A stretch of 64,000 bases of DNA, taken from the NCBI RefSeq assembly GCF_056712565.1, contig NZ_CM160072.1; one strand, written 5' to 3'. Below the pieces are notes generated by a model, which saw nothing but the letters and a program-made list of their open reading frames with translations, was not told the DNA's origin and made no database searches. How positions within the stretch are numbered: position 1 is the stretch's first letter; each line of letters starts with the position of its first letter. The translations under genes were made by a program, and so were the position numbers. Below are positions 1 through 17,041 of the stretch, piece after piece.

Positions 1-427
1 GATGTACGCACATCACATGAATCGCTTTCCCGGTCATCGGCGGCACAATGCGGCAGTAGAGCACGCCGCGCTTTTCCGCACCATCGACCGAAACATCACG
101 ATTCTCATAATGTTCAATGGGATAACGTGAAAGAACCGCATTACCGTGATGTCCTTCCGGGTATACGGCATTGCGACCGTAGGCGAAATCGCTCCACATG
201 GTGTCGGCGAGAAACTCGTAGTGCGAGGTATCGGGCCAGTTTTCCACATGCAGCGGATGAACTTCGTGCGCGCCCATCACTTCCTGCAGGCAAACAATAT
301 CGGCGCTGACGGTACGCACGGCGTCGCGAAGTTCCGGCAAAATGAAGCGTCGGTTAAACGCGGTAAAGCCTTTGTGAATATTGATGGTGAGCACCTTGAA
401 CGAAAATTGTTGTGTTTGATCGGGCAT
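1..427 (-). CDS. ybhP: YbhP endonuclease/exonuclease/phosphatase family protein, N-terminal part only (3' end lies left of the window)
   Basis: Reverse-strand translation from the ATG at 427-425 reads [21 protein letters not shown]..., recognised as the YbhP N-terminus; frame is open to position 1. Confidence 0.8.
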
Positions 428-559
428 AATTTTCCTGTCTTTGCCTCTTATCTCATTGAAATAGTGTAGTCGGCGTCACAAAAAGGTGCGGTCTTACGGA
501 ATTTTCCGTAAAGTTCGGTACTCTGAATAAGTAGAGATAAATTCTTCAGGAGAGAAGCC

Positions 560-970
560 ATGAAGTGGCAACAACGTGTTCGTGTCGCAACTGGCCTAAG
601 TTGCTGGCAGATTATGTTGCATTTACTGGTAGTGGCGCTGCTGGTGGTGGGCTGGATGAGTAAAACTCTGGTTCACGTCGGCGTAGGATTATGCGCACTG
701 TATTGTGTCACGGTAGTGATGATGCTGGTGTTTCAGCGCCACCCCGAGCAACGCTGGCGTGAGGTGGCAGACGTGCTGGAAGAGCTGACCACGACCTGGT
801 ATTTTGGCGCAGCGCTGATTGTTCTGTGGCTGTTGTCCCGCGTACTGGAAAACAACTTTGTGCTGGCGATTGCAGGGCTGGCAATCCTTGCCGGCCCGGC
901 GGTAGTGTCTTTGCTGGCGAAAGATAAGAAGTTACATCACCTTACGTCTAAACATCGCGTACGCCGCTGA
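560..970 (+). CDS. ybhQ: Inner membrane protein YbhQ (136 aa)
   Basis: [23 protein letters not shown]..., hydrophobic, length and sequence match YbhQ; 3' end overlaps convergent ybhR. Confidence 0.9.
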
Positions 971-2038
971 CCCTGTCGTGGCCGTTATCACCAGTAGCGG
1001 CCACAAACTATTCCACACAATATCCAGACTCGCATCCTTCAAATAAATCTGCTTGGTAATGTCCGTAAAGTGGCGAATAGGGTTAATCCACGTCAGATTT
1101 TGCAGCCACACTGGCATGTTTTCCACCGGCGAAACGTAACCGGAAAGGAGAATGGCGGGCATCATAAAGACAAACACGCCGATAAACGCCTGCTGTTGTG
1201 TTGAACAGAGTGATGAAATCAACAGACCGAATCCCACCAGCGATAAACCGTAAATCACCATCGTGAAGTAGAACAGCGCCAGCGATCCGGCGAAGGGGAT
1301 TTGATACGCCCAGATACCAATCGCCAGCACAATGGTGGCCTGGAAGGTGGCGACAATTAATGCCGGTACGGCTTTGCCGATGAATATCTGCCAGGTGGTG
1401 AGGGGCGAAACCAGCAACTGATCGAGCGTACCTTGTTCACGTTCACGGGCGACGGAAAGTGAAGTGACTATCATTACGCCGATAGTGGTGATCATGGCGA
1501 TCAGCGACGGCACCACAAACCATTTGTAGTCGAGATTCGGGTTATACCAGTTGCGTACCACCAGCTCGCTGTTGTTGGGTTTCGGTTTTCCTTCCAGCAG
1601 CTCCTGCTGATAATTTTTGACGATCTGTTGCAGGTAGTTGGCGGCAATTTGCGCACTGTTGGAGTTACGCCCGTCGAGGATCAACTGCAACGGCGCGGTC
1701 TGGAAGGTATCCAGTTTGCGCGAGAAGTCAGCCGGGAAACGCACCAGTAGTAACGCCTTTTGTGTGTCGATGGTCGGGCGGATCTCCTGCGGGCTTTTCA
1801 GCAGCAGCACATGGGTAAAGGCGCTGGCGCGGGCAAAACGTTGAGTAAGTTCTACCGAGTGCTCGCCGTTATCTTCATCGTAGATGGCGATGGTGGCGTT
1901 GGTCACTTCCAGCGTGGCGGCGAACGGGAACAGGATCACCTGAATTAGCACGGGTAAAATCAGAATTGCGCGGGTTTGCGGTTCGCGCAGCAGCGACTGC
2001 AACTCTTTGCGGATTAACGTCCATAAGCGATGAAACAT
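932..2038 (-). CDS. ybhR: ABC-2 family exporter permease YbhR (368 aa)
   Basis: 368-aa ORF with ABC-2 permease character; position downstream of ybhS as in the cecR-ybhGFSR operon. Confidence 0.92.
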
Positions 2039-2048
2039 GCTCTTCTCC

Positions 2049-3174
2049 CTAATCCAGCCGACGTTTGATTTTCAGCCACGTCAGGCCGATAAACATCACC
2101 GCCGAAGCGATCAAAAACAGCACGTTCACTATCAGCACCACTGGAATATTCCCGGCGAGGAACAGGCTTTGCAGGGTGCTGACGAAATAACGTGCGGGAA
2201 TAATGTACGTCACCGCGCGGATCACCGCGGGCATACTGTCTATCTGAAATATAAAGCCGGAAAGCATAATCGACGGCAGAAAAGCCGCGTTCAGGGCCAC
2301 CTGAGCGGCGTTGAACTGGTTGCGGGTAATCGTGGAAATCAGCAGCCCCATCCCCAGGGTACTGAGTAAAAACAGGCTGGAGATAAAAAACAGAATCAGC
2401 AGCGACCCGCGATACGGCACGCCGAGAATAAACACCGACACCAGCATACACAGCAACATCGCCAGCATCCCGAGAAAGTAATAAGGGATCAGCTTACACA
2501 GCAGCAGCTCCGTGCGGGTAATCTCCGTAGAGAGCAAAGCCTCCATGGTGCCGCGTTCCCATTCTCGCGCTACCACCAGCGAGGTGAGAATCGCGCCGAT
2601 GACCGTCATGATAATGGTCACCGCACCGGGGATAATAAAGTGCTGGCTTATCGCCGCGGGGTTAAACCAGTAGCGGGTTTGTACATCAATAAGCGGTTCA
2701 AAAGTCTGCCCGTTATCCTCCGCGCGCTGCATTTGCCAGATCTGCCAGATCCCTTCGACATACCCCTGCACAAAGTTAGCGGTATTCGGCTCACTGCCGT
2801 CGGTGATCACCTGAATCGGTGCGGTGGCGTTGGCGCGCTCCATCTGTTCGGCGAAATCCACCGGAATAACCACCAGACCGCGAATTTTCCCCGCCTGCAT
2901 TTTGGCGATCAGTTCCTGACGGTTATCGCTGATGGTGGCGTCGATGTAGGGCGAACCGGTCATGGTGTGGGTGAAATCCAGCGCCGCTTCGCTACGCTGT
3001 TCCAGTAAAATCCCGACGCGCAGCTTGCTGGAGTCGAGGTTAATGCCGTATCCAAAAATAAACAGCAGTAGCAGTGGGATCACTACCGCAATCAGCCAGC
3101 TACTCGGATCGCGAACGATCTGCCGTGTCTCTTTGACGCACAGCGCCCGCACGCGACGCCAGGACAGGATCGGA

Positions 3175-3182
<8 letters not shown>
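2049..3182 (-). CDS. ybhS: ABC-2 family exporter permease YbhS (377 aa)
   Basis: 377-aa ORF paralogous to ybhR; overlaps ybhF stop by 8 nt. Confidence 0.92.
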
Positions 3183-6573
<3,391 letters not shown>

Positions 6574-6801
6574 CGCACAGTCCATTCTTAATCAAATGAT
6601 TGATTAAGATTATGACTCCATAGGGGAGTTGTCCAGTATGGCTAAGAATTTTAGCTACGCCAGTCACAGGGATAATTTATGCGCTGCGTCACAAAAACTG
6701 CTACACTCCGCTCCCTCATGACATTGTGGTTTTTGTCATTTTCCTTTTCAGTATCTCCCTGAAAACTACACCGGTAACGGTCGGGGCGGTTCGGAGTAGT
6801 T

Positions 6802-8163
6802 ATGTCTTTCGATTCTTTGGGTTTAAGCCCTGATATCCTGCGCGCCGTTGCCGAGCAGGGTTACCGTGAACCCACCCCTATTCAGCAGCAGGCGATCCCT
6901 GCGGTGCTGGAAGGCCGCGACCTGATGGCCAGCGCCCAGACCGGTACCGGCAAAACAGCGGGCTTTACGCTGCCGCTGTTGCAACACCTGATCACTCGCC
7001 AGCCGCACGCCAAAGGGCGTCGTCCGGTACGCACGCTCATTCTTACCCCGACCCGTGAACTGGCGGCGCAGATTGGCGAAAACGTCCGTGATTACAGCAA
7101 ATATCTGAACATTCGTTCGCTGGTGGTGTTTGGCGGTGTCAGCATTAACCCACAAATGATGAAGTTGCGCGGCGGCGTTGATGTGCTGGTGGCAACGCCG
7201 GGACGTCTGCTGGACCTGGAACATCAAAATGCAGTGAAGCTGGATCAGGTTGAAATCCTCGTCCTTGATGAAGCTGACCGCATGCTCGACATGGGCTTTA
7301 TCCACGATATCCGTCGCGTGTTAACAAAACTGCCAGCGAAGCGCCAGAACCTGTTGTTCTCCGCGACCTTCTCTGACGATATTAAAGCCCTGGCGGAAAA
7401 ACTGTTGCACAACCCGCTGGAAATCGAAGTGGCACGCCGCAATACTGCGTCTGATCAGGTGACCCAGCACGTTCACTTTGTCGATAAGAAACGCAAACGC
7501 GAATTGCTGTCGCATATGATTGGGAAAGGGAACTGGCAGCAGGTGCTGGTGTTTACCCGTACCAAACATGGCGCTAACCATCTGGCTGAACAGCTTAATA
7601 AAGACGGCATCCGTAGTGCGGCGATCCACGGTAATAAATCGCAAGGTGCGCGTACTCGTGCGCTGGCCGATTTTAAATCGGGCGATATTCGTGTACTGGT
7701 GGCAACTGACATCGCTGCGCGCGGTCTGGATATCGAAGAGTTGCCGCACGTCGTCAACTATGAGTTACCAAACGTACCGGAAGATTATGTTCACCGTATC
7801 GGGCGTACTGGCCGTGCGGCGGCAACTGGCGAAGCATTGTCGCTGGTGTGTGTTGATGAACACAAACTGCTGCGTGATATCGAAAAACTGCTGAAAAAAG
7901 AGATCCCGCGCATTGCGATTCCGGGGTATGAGCCGGACCCGTCAATCAAAGCCGAACCGATCCAGAACGGTCGCCAGCAACGTGGCGGCGGTCGTGGACA
8001 GGGCGGTGGTCGCGGTCAACAGCAACCACGCCGTACGGAAAGTGGTGCGAAGTCTGGTAACGCGAAGCCCGCAGAAAAACCGTCTCGTCGTCTCGGCGAT
8101 GCCAAACCGGCAGGCGAACAACAACGTCGCCGCCGTCCGCGTAAACCTGCCGCTGCGCAGTAA
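6802..8163 (+). CDS. rhlE: ATP-dependent RNA helicase RhlE (DEAD-box)
   Basis: Q-motif and Walker A (AQTGTGKT), DEAD box ([14 protein letters not shown]), [11 protein letters not shown] motifs; Arg/Gly-rich C-terminal tail. Confidence 0.95.
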   Translation: MSFDSLGLSPDILRAVAEQGYREPTPIQQQAIPAVLEGRDLMASAQTGTGKTAGFTLPLLQHLITRQPHAKGRRPVRTLILTPTRELAAQIGENVRDYSKYLNIRSLVVFGGVSINPQMMKLRGGVDVLVATPGRLLDLEHQNAVKLDQVEILVLDEADRMLDMGFIHDIRRVLTKLPAKRQNLLFSATFSDDIKALAEKLLHNPLEIEVARRNTASDQVTQHVHFVDKKRKRELLSHMIGKGNWQQVLVFTRTKHGANHLAEQLNKDGIRSAAIHGNKSQGARTRALADFKSGDIRVLVATDIAARGLDIEELPHVVNYELPNVPEDYVHRIGRTGRAAATGEALSLVCVDEHKLLRDIEKLLKKEIPRIAIPGYEPDPSIKAEPIQNGRQQRGGGRGQGGGRGQQQPRRTESGAKSGNAKPAEKPSRRLGDAKPAGEQQRRRRPRKPAAAQ

Positions 8164-8214
8164 TCTTTTATGCCGGGCTATGCCCGGCATGAGACTGATG
8201 ACAAACACAAAACT

Positions 8215-8313
8215 GCCTGATGCGCTACGCTTATCAGGCCTACGTGAACTCTGCAATATATTGAATGTGCATGTTTTTGTAGGCCGGATAAGGCGCTCGC
8301 GCCGCATCCGGCA
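8215..8313. repeat. REP/BIME cluster (two inverted REP units) in the rhlE-ybiA intergenic region
   Basis: gcctgatgcgctacgcttatcaggcctac and gtaggccggataaggcg...cgccgcatccggca are canonical E. coli REP palindromes; preceded by hairpin tgccgggctatgcccggca at 8171-8189. Confidence 0.6.
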
Positions 8314-8395
8314 TTTCACAACAAGCACTTGTCAGCCATTTGCGAGCGCGGCAAAAAGATTTCTCTGTTTTAACGCCCACAAGCCACCCGATGCG

Positions 8396-8590
8396 TTACT
8401 TCTCCGCAGCCAATTGTCCGCGCAACGCCATTAAAAGGTACCCCAGGCGATTCTTGCCCTGACCATTACCGCCATCTCCCCAGTAAGCATCATTTTGCGT
8501 ATGCTCAACCAGTTTTGCGGACGCGGTTGCCCGCAAGAGTGTACGCAGTTCTGCATGTTGTTCGAATTTAGCGCGAAGCGCTTTACGCAT
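8396..8590 (-). pseudogene. ybiA: 5'-truncated remnant of ybiA (NADAR-family N-glycosidase); only the C-terminal ~64 codons are homologous
   Basis: Minus-strand ORF 8396-8701 (101 aa): last 64 aa (MRKALRAKFEQHAEL...DAYWGDGG...GKNRLGYLLM...) match the YbiA C-terminus; first 37 aa are read antisense through the dinG promoter and LexA box up to the dinG ATG. Intact YbiA is about 160 aa. Confidence 0.6.
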
Positions 8591-8666
8591 CATCCTGCTG
8601 GTTATTGCGAGCCGCTTTCCCGAAACAGAAAAACCATTACCCCTGAAAACCGAAAAATGCCACAAT

Positions 8667-8686
8667 ATTGGCTGTTTATACAGTAT
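8667..8686 (+). promoter_or_regulatory. dinG SOS (LexA) operator, non-canonical box
   Basis: tattggctgtttatacagta about 15-35 bp upstream of the dinG ATG; matches the known atypical dinG LexA site (from memory). Confidence 0.5.
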
Positions 8687-8699
8687 TTCAGGTTTTCTC

Positions 8700-10850
8700 A
8701 TGGCATTAACCGCCGCGCTTAAAGCGCAAATTGCCGCCTGGTATAAGGCGCTTCAGGAACAGATCCCCGACTTTATTCCCCGTGCGCCGCAGCGGCAGAT
8801 GATTGCGGACGTCGCCAAAACGCTGGCCGGAGAAGAAGGGCGGCATCTGGCGATTGAAGCCCCTACCGGCGTTGGGAAAACGCTCTCCTATTTGATCCCC
8901 GGCATCGCCATTGCCCGCGAAGAGCAAAAAACGCTGGTGGTAAGTACCGCCAACGTGGCATTGCAGGATCAGATCTACAGCAAAGATTTACCGCTGCTGA
9001 AAAAGATCATTCCCGATCTTAAATTCACTGCCGCTTTTGGGCGTGGGCGCTACGTTTGCCCGCGTAATCTGACAGCGCTCGCCAGCACTGAGCCCACGCA
9101 ACAGGATCTGCTGGCGTTTCTTGACGATGAACTGACGCCGAACAATCAGGAAGAGCAAAAACGTTGTGCGAAGCTGAAGGGCGATCTCGACACTTATAAA
9201 TGGGATGGTCTGCGCGATCATACTGATATCGCTATAGATGATGATCTCTGGCGTCGTTTGAGTACCGACAAGGCCAGCTGCCTCAACCGCAACTGTTATT
9301 ACTATCGCGAATGCCCGTTTTTTGTCGCTCGTCGGGAAATTCAGGAAGCGGAAGTGGTGGTGGCAAACCATGCGCTGGTGATGGCGGCGATGGAAAGCGA
9401 AGCGGTATTGCCTGACCCGAAAAATTTACTGCTGGTGCTGGACGAAGGTCATCACCTGCCGGATGTGGCGCGGGATGCGCTGGAGATGAGCGCCGAAATC
9501 ACCGCGCCGTGGTATCGGCTACAGCTGGACTTGTTCACGAAACTGGTCGCTACCTGCATGGAGCAGTTTCGCCCGAAGACCATCCCGCCGCTGGCGATCC
9601 CTGAACGTTTGAATGCGCATTGTGAAGAGTTGTATGAGCTTATCGCCTCGTTAAACAACATTCTCAATCTCTACATGCCTGCCGGGCAGGAGGCAGAGCA
9701 CCGTTTTGCGATGGGCGAACTGCCAGATGAAGTGCTGGAGATCTGCCAGCGGCTGGCAAAACTCACCGAGATGCTGCGTGGCCTGGCGGAGTTATTTCTT
9801 AACGATTTAAGTGAGAAAACCGGCAGCCATGACATTGTACGTCTGCATCGGTTGATTTTGCAGATGAACCGCGCATTGGGGATGTTCGAGGCGCAAAGCA
9901 AACTCTGGCGGCTGGCGTCTCTGGCGCAATCTTCCGGTGCGCCGGTGACCAAATGGGCGACGCGGGAAGAGCGCGAAGGGCAGCTACACCTTTGGTTTCA
10001 CTGCGTGGGAATACGTGTCAGCGATCAGCTGGAAAGGCTGCTGTGGCGCAGTATTCCGCACATTATTGTTACCTCCGCAACCTTGCGTTCGCTGAACAGT
10101 TTTTCGCGTTTGCAGGAGATGAGTGGGCTGAAAGAGAAAGCGGGCGACCGTTTTGTGGCACTGGATTCCCCTTTTAACCACTGTGAACAGGGCAAAATTG
10201 TTATTCCCCGGATGCGCGTTGAGCCTTCCATCGACAACGAAGAGCAGCACATTGCCGAAATGGCGGCCTTTTTCCGTGAACAGGTGGAGAGCAAAAAACA
10301 TCTCGGTATGTTGGTGCTGTTTGCCAGCGGGCGTGCGATGCAGCGCTTTCTCGACTATGTGACGGATTTACGCCTGATGTTGCTGGTGCAGGGCGATCAG
10401 CCACGTTATCGCTTAGTTGAACTGCACCGCAAACGCGTTGCCAACGGTGAGCGTAGCGTGCTGGTGGGCTTACAGTCCTTTGCCGAAGGTCTTGATCTGA
10501 AAGGCGATCTGCTCAGCCAGGTGCATATCCACAAGATCGCTTTTCCGCCCATCGACAGCCCGGTGGTGATCACCGAAGGTGAATGGCTGAAAAGCCTCAA
10601 CCGCTATCCGTTTGAGGTGCAAAGCCTGCCGAGCGCTTCGTTTAACCTGATTCAGCAGGTTGGGCGACTGATTCGAAGCCACGGTTGCTGGGGGGAAGTG
10701 GTTATCTACGACAAACGCTTGCTGACAAAAAATTATGGCAAGCGACTACTGGATGCATTACCGGTATTTCCGATAGAGCAACCGGAAGTCCCTGAAGGTA
10801 TAGTTAAAAAGAAAGAAAAAACGAAATCCCCACGCCGTCGGCGGCGTTAA
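8700..10850 (+). CDS. dinG: ATP-dependent DNA helicase DinG (716 aa)
   Basis: 716-aa ORF MALTAALKAQIAAWYKALQEQ..., Walker A APTGVGKT, DEGHH box, Fe-S cluster cysteines (CLNRNCYYYRECPFF). Confidence 0.95.
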   Translation: MALTAALKAQIAAWYKALQEQIPDFIPRAPQRQMIADVAKTLAGEEGRHLAIEAPTGVGKTLSYLIPGIAIAREEQKTLVVSTANVALQDQIYSKDLPLLKKIIPDLKFTAAFGRGRYVCPRNLTALASTEPTQQDLLAFLDDELTPNNQEEQKRCAKLKGDLDTYKWDGLRDHTDIAIDDDLWRRLSTDKASCLNRNCYYYRECPFFVARREIQEAEVVVANHALVMAAMESEAVLPDPKNLLLVLDEGHHLPDVARDALEMSAEITAPWYRLQLDLFTKLVATCMEQFRPKTIPPLAIPERLNAHCEELYELIASLNNILNLYMPAGQEAEHRFAMGELPDEVLEICQRLAKLTEMLRGLAELFLNDLSEKTGSHDIVRLHRLILQMNRALGMFEAQSKLWRLASLAQSSGAPVTKWATREEREGQLHLWFHCVGIRVSDQLERLLWRSIPHIIVTSATLRSLNSFSRLQEMSGLKEKAGDRFVALDSPFNHCEQGKIVIPRMRVEPSIDNEEQHIAEMAAFFREQVESKKHLGMLVLFASGRAMQRFLDYVTDLRLMLLVQGDQPRYRLVELHRKRVANGERSVLVGLQSFAEGLDLKGDLLSQVHIHKIAFPPIDSPVVITEGEWLKSLNRYPFEVQSLPSASFNLIQQVGRLIRSHGCWGEVVIYDKRLLTKNYGKRLLDALPVFPIEQPEVPEGIVKKKEKTKSPRRRRR

Positions 10851-10877
10851 TGATGTGAGTCAGGTAAGGAGTCGTAA

Positions 10878-13066
<2,189 letters not shown>

Positions 13067-13213
13067 AAAAAGCCCGTCCAGTGGCGGACGGGCAAACAAG
13101 GGTAACATAGGATCAATGAGGGTTAGAGCATATGCGTCTGTCGGCAAACAGACAGGGAAATACTTGTGCTGAACGTAGCGTAAACGCCTGATCCAGCCAA
13201 CGGTTCGGATTTT

Positions 13214-13290
13214 GTAGGTCTGATAAGACGCGGTAGCGTCGCATCAGGCATCTGTTGCCGGATGCGGCGTAAACGCCTTATCCGTCCTAC
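13214..13290. repeat. REP/BIME cluster in the hcxB-ybiJ intergenic region
   Basis: gtaggtctgataagacgcggtagcgtcgcatcaggca followed by ccggatgcggcgtaaacgccttatccgtcctac. Confidence 0.6.
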
Positions 13291-13293
13291 GAA

Positions 13294-13554
13294 TTACTTA
13301 TAAATTACCGCAGTACCGCTTAATTTATTGTTGTTGGTGGCAGAAGTGATGCTGTATCCACTGGCACCGGCCGCCGCGGCTTTCTCAGCCAGTTTCGCTT
13401 CCAGGGCATCGAGGGTGGATGCGCCATCGGCAGAAACCACGCCGATTTTATTCATGTTCTGTGCCTGGGATGCCGTTACCGGTTCCGCCGCGAACACGCC
13501 AAATGACAGAGTTGAAAGAGCCATAGCAGCAACAACAGTATTGATAGTTTTCAT
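13294..13554 (-). CDS. ybiJ: YbiJ, small secreted DUF1471 (BhsA/McbA-family) protein (86 aa)
   Basis: Signal peptide MKTINTVVAAMALSTLSFGVFAAE and C-terminal GASGYSITSA...GTAVIYK motif shared with McbA. Confidence 0.88.
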   Translation of the reverse strand: MKTINTVVAAMALSTLSFGVFAAEPVTASQAQNMNKIGVVSADGASTLDALEAKLAEKAAAAGASGYSITSATNNNKLSGTAVIYK

Positions 13555-13818
13555 AATTAATCTCTCGCAGGTGATTTTTGTATAAGTGACGTTGTTTCGT
13601 CGATGTGATGAGTATCACGTTTTTTTACGAGAGATAAAATCGAAGAGAATTGACCGCCTTGTTCAAATAAATTGATTGATATCTAACATACTGATAAACC
13701 ATTTATTTGTTGTATTTATGAATCCGTTTTGTACCGCGTGGTGCTCACGGCAGCGTTAAAGGCACGGAATGCCACGCAAAATACAAATTACACTCACTAA
13801 ACATCCCGTCAGTTGCAG

Positions 13819-14085
13819 TTAACGTAACTGGCTGTCTTTCGAACCTCTGCGATTATATCCTGTATAAGCTGGTTTTTGTAAATCTTTCTCCTGTTGGCAA
13901 TGAATGCATAAGCGCACGCCAGGAATGGCTTCCCGACGGGCCTGCGGGATAGGGGCACCGCACTCTTCACATTCATACAGGCTTTCGCCACGCGGAATTT
14001 CACCCCGAGCGCGGGCAATCGCATCTTCAATTGTACTGTTGATCTGTTCGTTGACGGCGTCATCATTAGCCCAACCGGATGCCAT
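13819..14085 (-). CDS. ybiI: YbiI, DksA/TraR-type C4 zinc-finger protein (88 aa)
   Basis: CxxC...CxxC motif (CEECGAPIPQARREAIPGVRLCIHCQ). Confidence 0.88.
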   Translation of the reverse strand: MASGWANDDAVNEQINSTIEDAIARARGEIPRGESLYECEECGAPIPQARREAIPGVRLCIHCQQEKDLQKPAYTGYNRRGSKDSQLR

Positions 14086-14158
14086 ATCGTCCTCCCCATA
14101 TCAATACTTGTACAGTTAAGTGTAGCTAATATAGGGACGAACTCGGGCAGTTCAAGCG

Positions 14159-14836
14159 TCAGATCTCCGACCATTCCCGCAGCAGATTATGATAAAGATT
14201 GAGCAGTGACAGGATCTCTTCACTTTCGCCGTAGCGGCTTTTCAGCGACTGAATATTGTTGTCCAGTTCAAACAGCATGGCGCGCTTTTTATCATCACGG
14301 ATCATCGACTGGATCCACATAAATGATGCCACTCGCACGCCGCGGGTTACGGGTGTCACGCAATGCAGGCTGCTGGAGGGATACAACACCAGATCGCCTG
14401 CCGGGAGTTTTACCCGATGTTGCCCGAAGGTGTCATTAACGACCAGTTCGCCGCCGTCGTAGCTTTCTGGATCGCTTAAAAACAGCGTGGCAGAAAGGTC
14501 AGTGCGCATCCAGCCGTTTTGTGGATGGCTGCGTACTGCGCCATCCACATGAAAACCATAGGTTTCATTGTTCTGATAGCGATTAAACAGCGGCGTGGAA
14601 AGGGTACGCGGCAAGGCCGCGGCAAAGAACAAAGCATGTTGGTTAACCGCGTTCAGCACCTCATTTTGCAGGGCGGCGTACAGGGCGCTGCGGGTGTCTA
14701 CTTGTTGATTGTTCTTAACTTGCGCACCTTGTGCGCCGGTGGTGACGCGCCCATCCACCCATTCGGCTTGTTCCAGTTGTTCGCGAAAACGGGCGACGTC
14801 CTGTGGCGATAACACGCCGGGAATGTGGTACATCAT
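14159..14836 (-). CDS. ybiX: YbiX, PKHD-type Fe(II)/2-oxoglutarate-dependent hydroxylase (225 aa)
   Basis: Start trimmed to [12 protein letters not shown]; lies immediately downstream of fiu on the same strand (fiu-ybiX operon). Confidence 0.88.
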   Translation of the reverse strand: MMYHIPGVLSPQDVARFREQLEQAEWVDGRVTTGAQGAQVKNNQQVDTRSALYAALQNEVLNAVNQHALFFAAALPRTLSTPLFNRYQNNETYGFHVDGAVRSHPQNGWMRTDLSATLFLSDPESYDGGELVVNDTFGQHRVKLPAGDLVLYPSSSLHCVTPVTRGVRVASFMWIQSMIRDDKKRAMLFELDNNIQSLKSRYGESEEILSLLNLYHNLLREWSEI

Positions 14837-14902
14837 ACAAGTTCTCCAAAAAGTGGGGCCTGCGCCCCACACCGATTTTTAACAGCAGGCAATGGTGCTC
14901 AG

Positions 14903-15002
14903 GTGCCGGATGCGGCGTGAACGCCTTATCCGGCCTACCAAATGATGTGAATTCAGTGTATTGCACAACCTTGTAGGCCTGATAAGCGCAGCGCATCAGG
15001 CA
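14903..15002. repeat. REP/BIME cluster in the ybiX-fiu intergenic region
   Basis: gtgccggatgcggcgtgaacgccttatccggcctac and gtaggcctgataagcgcagcgcatcaggca. Confidence 0.6.
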
Positions 15003-17041
15003 GTCCTGCTCTCGCCATCAACATTAGTGAGCCTTGCGCCCCACATCTGAATCAGAAATGCATATTGGCTGTGAGCAAGAAGGTTCTTGGCTCGCCCGGG
15101 TGATAACGGTAGCCGCTCTTATTGATTGAGGCGACGTAATCGGTATCAAACAGGTTGTAGACGTTTAGCTGGAAGTCGAGATTGCGATTAACCCGATACC
15201 CCAGTTTGGCGTCGGCGACCCAATAACCTTCGGTAAATGCTGGCGTCCCCACCGCGCCGTCTGAACCTTTATGCATACTGCCGATATACCGTGCGCCCGC
15301 ACCAACAGAAATATCATCGGTTGCCTGATACTGGCTCCATAAGGTGAAGGCGTGTTCCGGGGTATACGGCAGCGATGAGGAACCATCCTGGGCAACATCT
15401 TTGCCGTTTTTGATAGTTGCTTTTTGCTGGGTATAGCCGCCAATCATCTGCCACGCGGGAGTGATATTCCCGGCCACGGATATCTCGTAGCCTTCGACAC
15501 GTTTCTTACCATATTGCGAATAAGTCCCGTCATCATTTTGCTCAACTTCATTTTCAATATCAGTACGGAACAGCGCGGCGGTAAGTAGCAGGCGTTTATC
15601 CAGAACCTGCCATTTGGTGCCAATCTCGCTGGTGTTGGCTTTTTGCGGTTTAAAATCGGTGCGGTTGGCACTGTTACCGCTGCCAGACTGCGCAAGGGCG
15701 AAGTTGTTGCCGCCCGGCGGCTGCTGGGAAACGGCATAGTTAATATAGATATTGCCGTTTTCCGTCAGGTGATACAGCGCCCCGGCTTTCCAGTTCACCA
15801 GATTGCCCGACTTGGCGGTGTCGACGGTGGTGACCGGAGAACCTTTTGCCACGCCAGCAGGGCAGGTGATGGCACCGCGCCCGCTGCCGCCGCAGGCGGT
15901 GGCACTGTCATATTCAGTATGATAATTATCCAGACGGATCCCACCGTTCAGCTCAAAATCACGGGTGATTTGCAGCGTATCGAAGGCATAAATTGCGAAG
16001 GTATCCGTCTGACCATTGGCGTTTGCGCCGTTGCGCGTCAGGCCACCGGGATGAATGCTGCTGTCAGGATGATAAATATTTACCGCCGGTAACGTCACCG
16101 GATTAACGCCATAGTTAGTCTGTGTTTCGCGGGTAAATTCCACGCCGGTACTGACATCATGACCGATAGCGCCGGTATAGAACGTCGAGGTCAGGTTGGT
16201 CTGGTTGGTGAGAATTTTGTTACTCACATCTTTGGTATTCGCCGTACGTGACCACGTCCAGCTATTCACATCGCTGGTGGGCTGGGTAATATTCGACGCT
16301 CCACCCATAATCGCCGTCATCAGGTAATCCTGCTTTACGCGCGACCAACGCGTAGTGTTGCGAATGGTGGTGTTATCGTTGATGTCGTGCTCAAAACGCA
16401 TGGTAGCGGTGTCGGTGGTCGAATCGTCGTAATCGGAATCCGTGCCGTAAAAGTTATGAGTATCAACTTTTCCGGAATGATTCAGGGCCGCTGTTCCCGC
16501 AGATGGGGCAGAATAACCCGGTAAACCGATGGTCGGAATGCCGCCGTCTGGCGTGTTGTGTTGGGTGACATGCAGATAATTAAGATACAAACGATTCGCT
16601 GTACCAAGGCCAAAAGCGACAGAAGGGGCGACGCCGTAACGCTCATTTTTGACTTTGTCGCGTCCGGCATCGTGCGTTTTTTCGCCCATTACATTCAGGC
16701 GCACCGCAGTGGTATCACCAATGACCTGATTGACGTCCAGCGTGCCGCGGCGGAACCAGGCGCTGCCAATACTGGCGGAGGCGTCAATGCCGGAATCATT
16801 GCGCGGCTGTTTGCTGATCATATTGATCGAGCCTGTCGGCGCGCTGCGCCCGTAGTCGGTGCCGGACGGCCCTTTAATTACTTCGACCTGCTCGGTATTG
16901 AAGGTGTCGCGCGAGACGCTGCCGATATCGCGAATGCCATCGATATAAATACTGTTAGAGGTATCGGCACCGCGCATATAAATGGCGTCGCCAGTGGTGG
17001 AGTTACCGTTCTCACCCGCAAAAAACGCACCCACGCCGGGG

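Noticed and set aside
7913-8434. 173-aa plus-strand ORF spanning the rhlE 3' end and the REP cluster
   Set aside because: Out-of-frame overlap with rhlE and read through REP palindromes; Arg-rich artefact.
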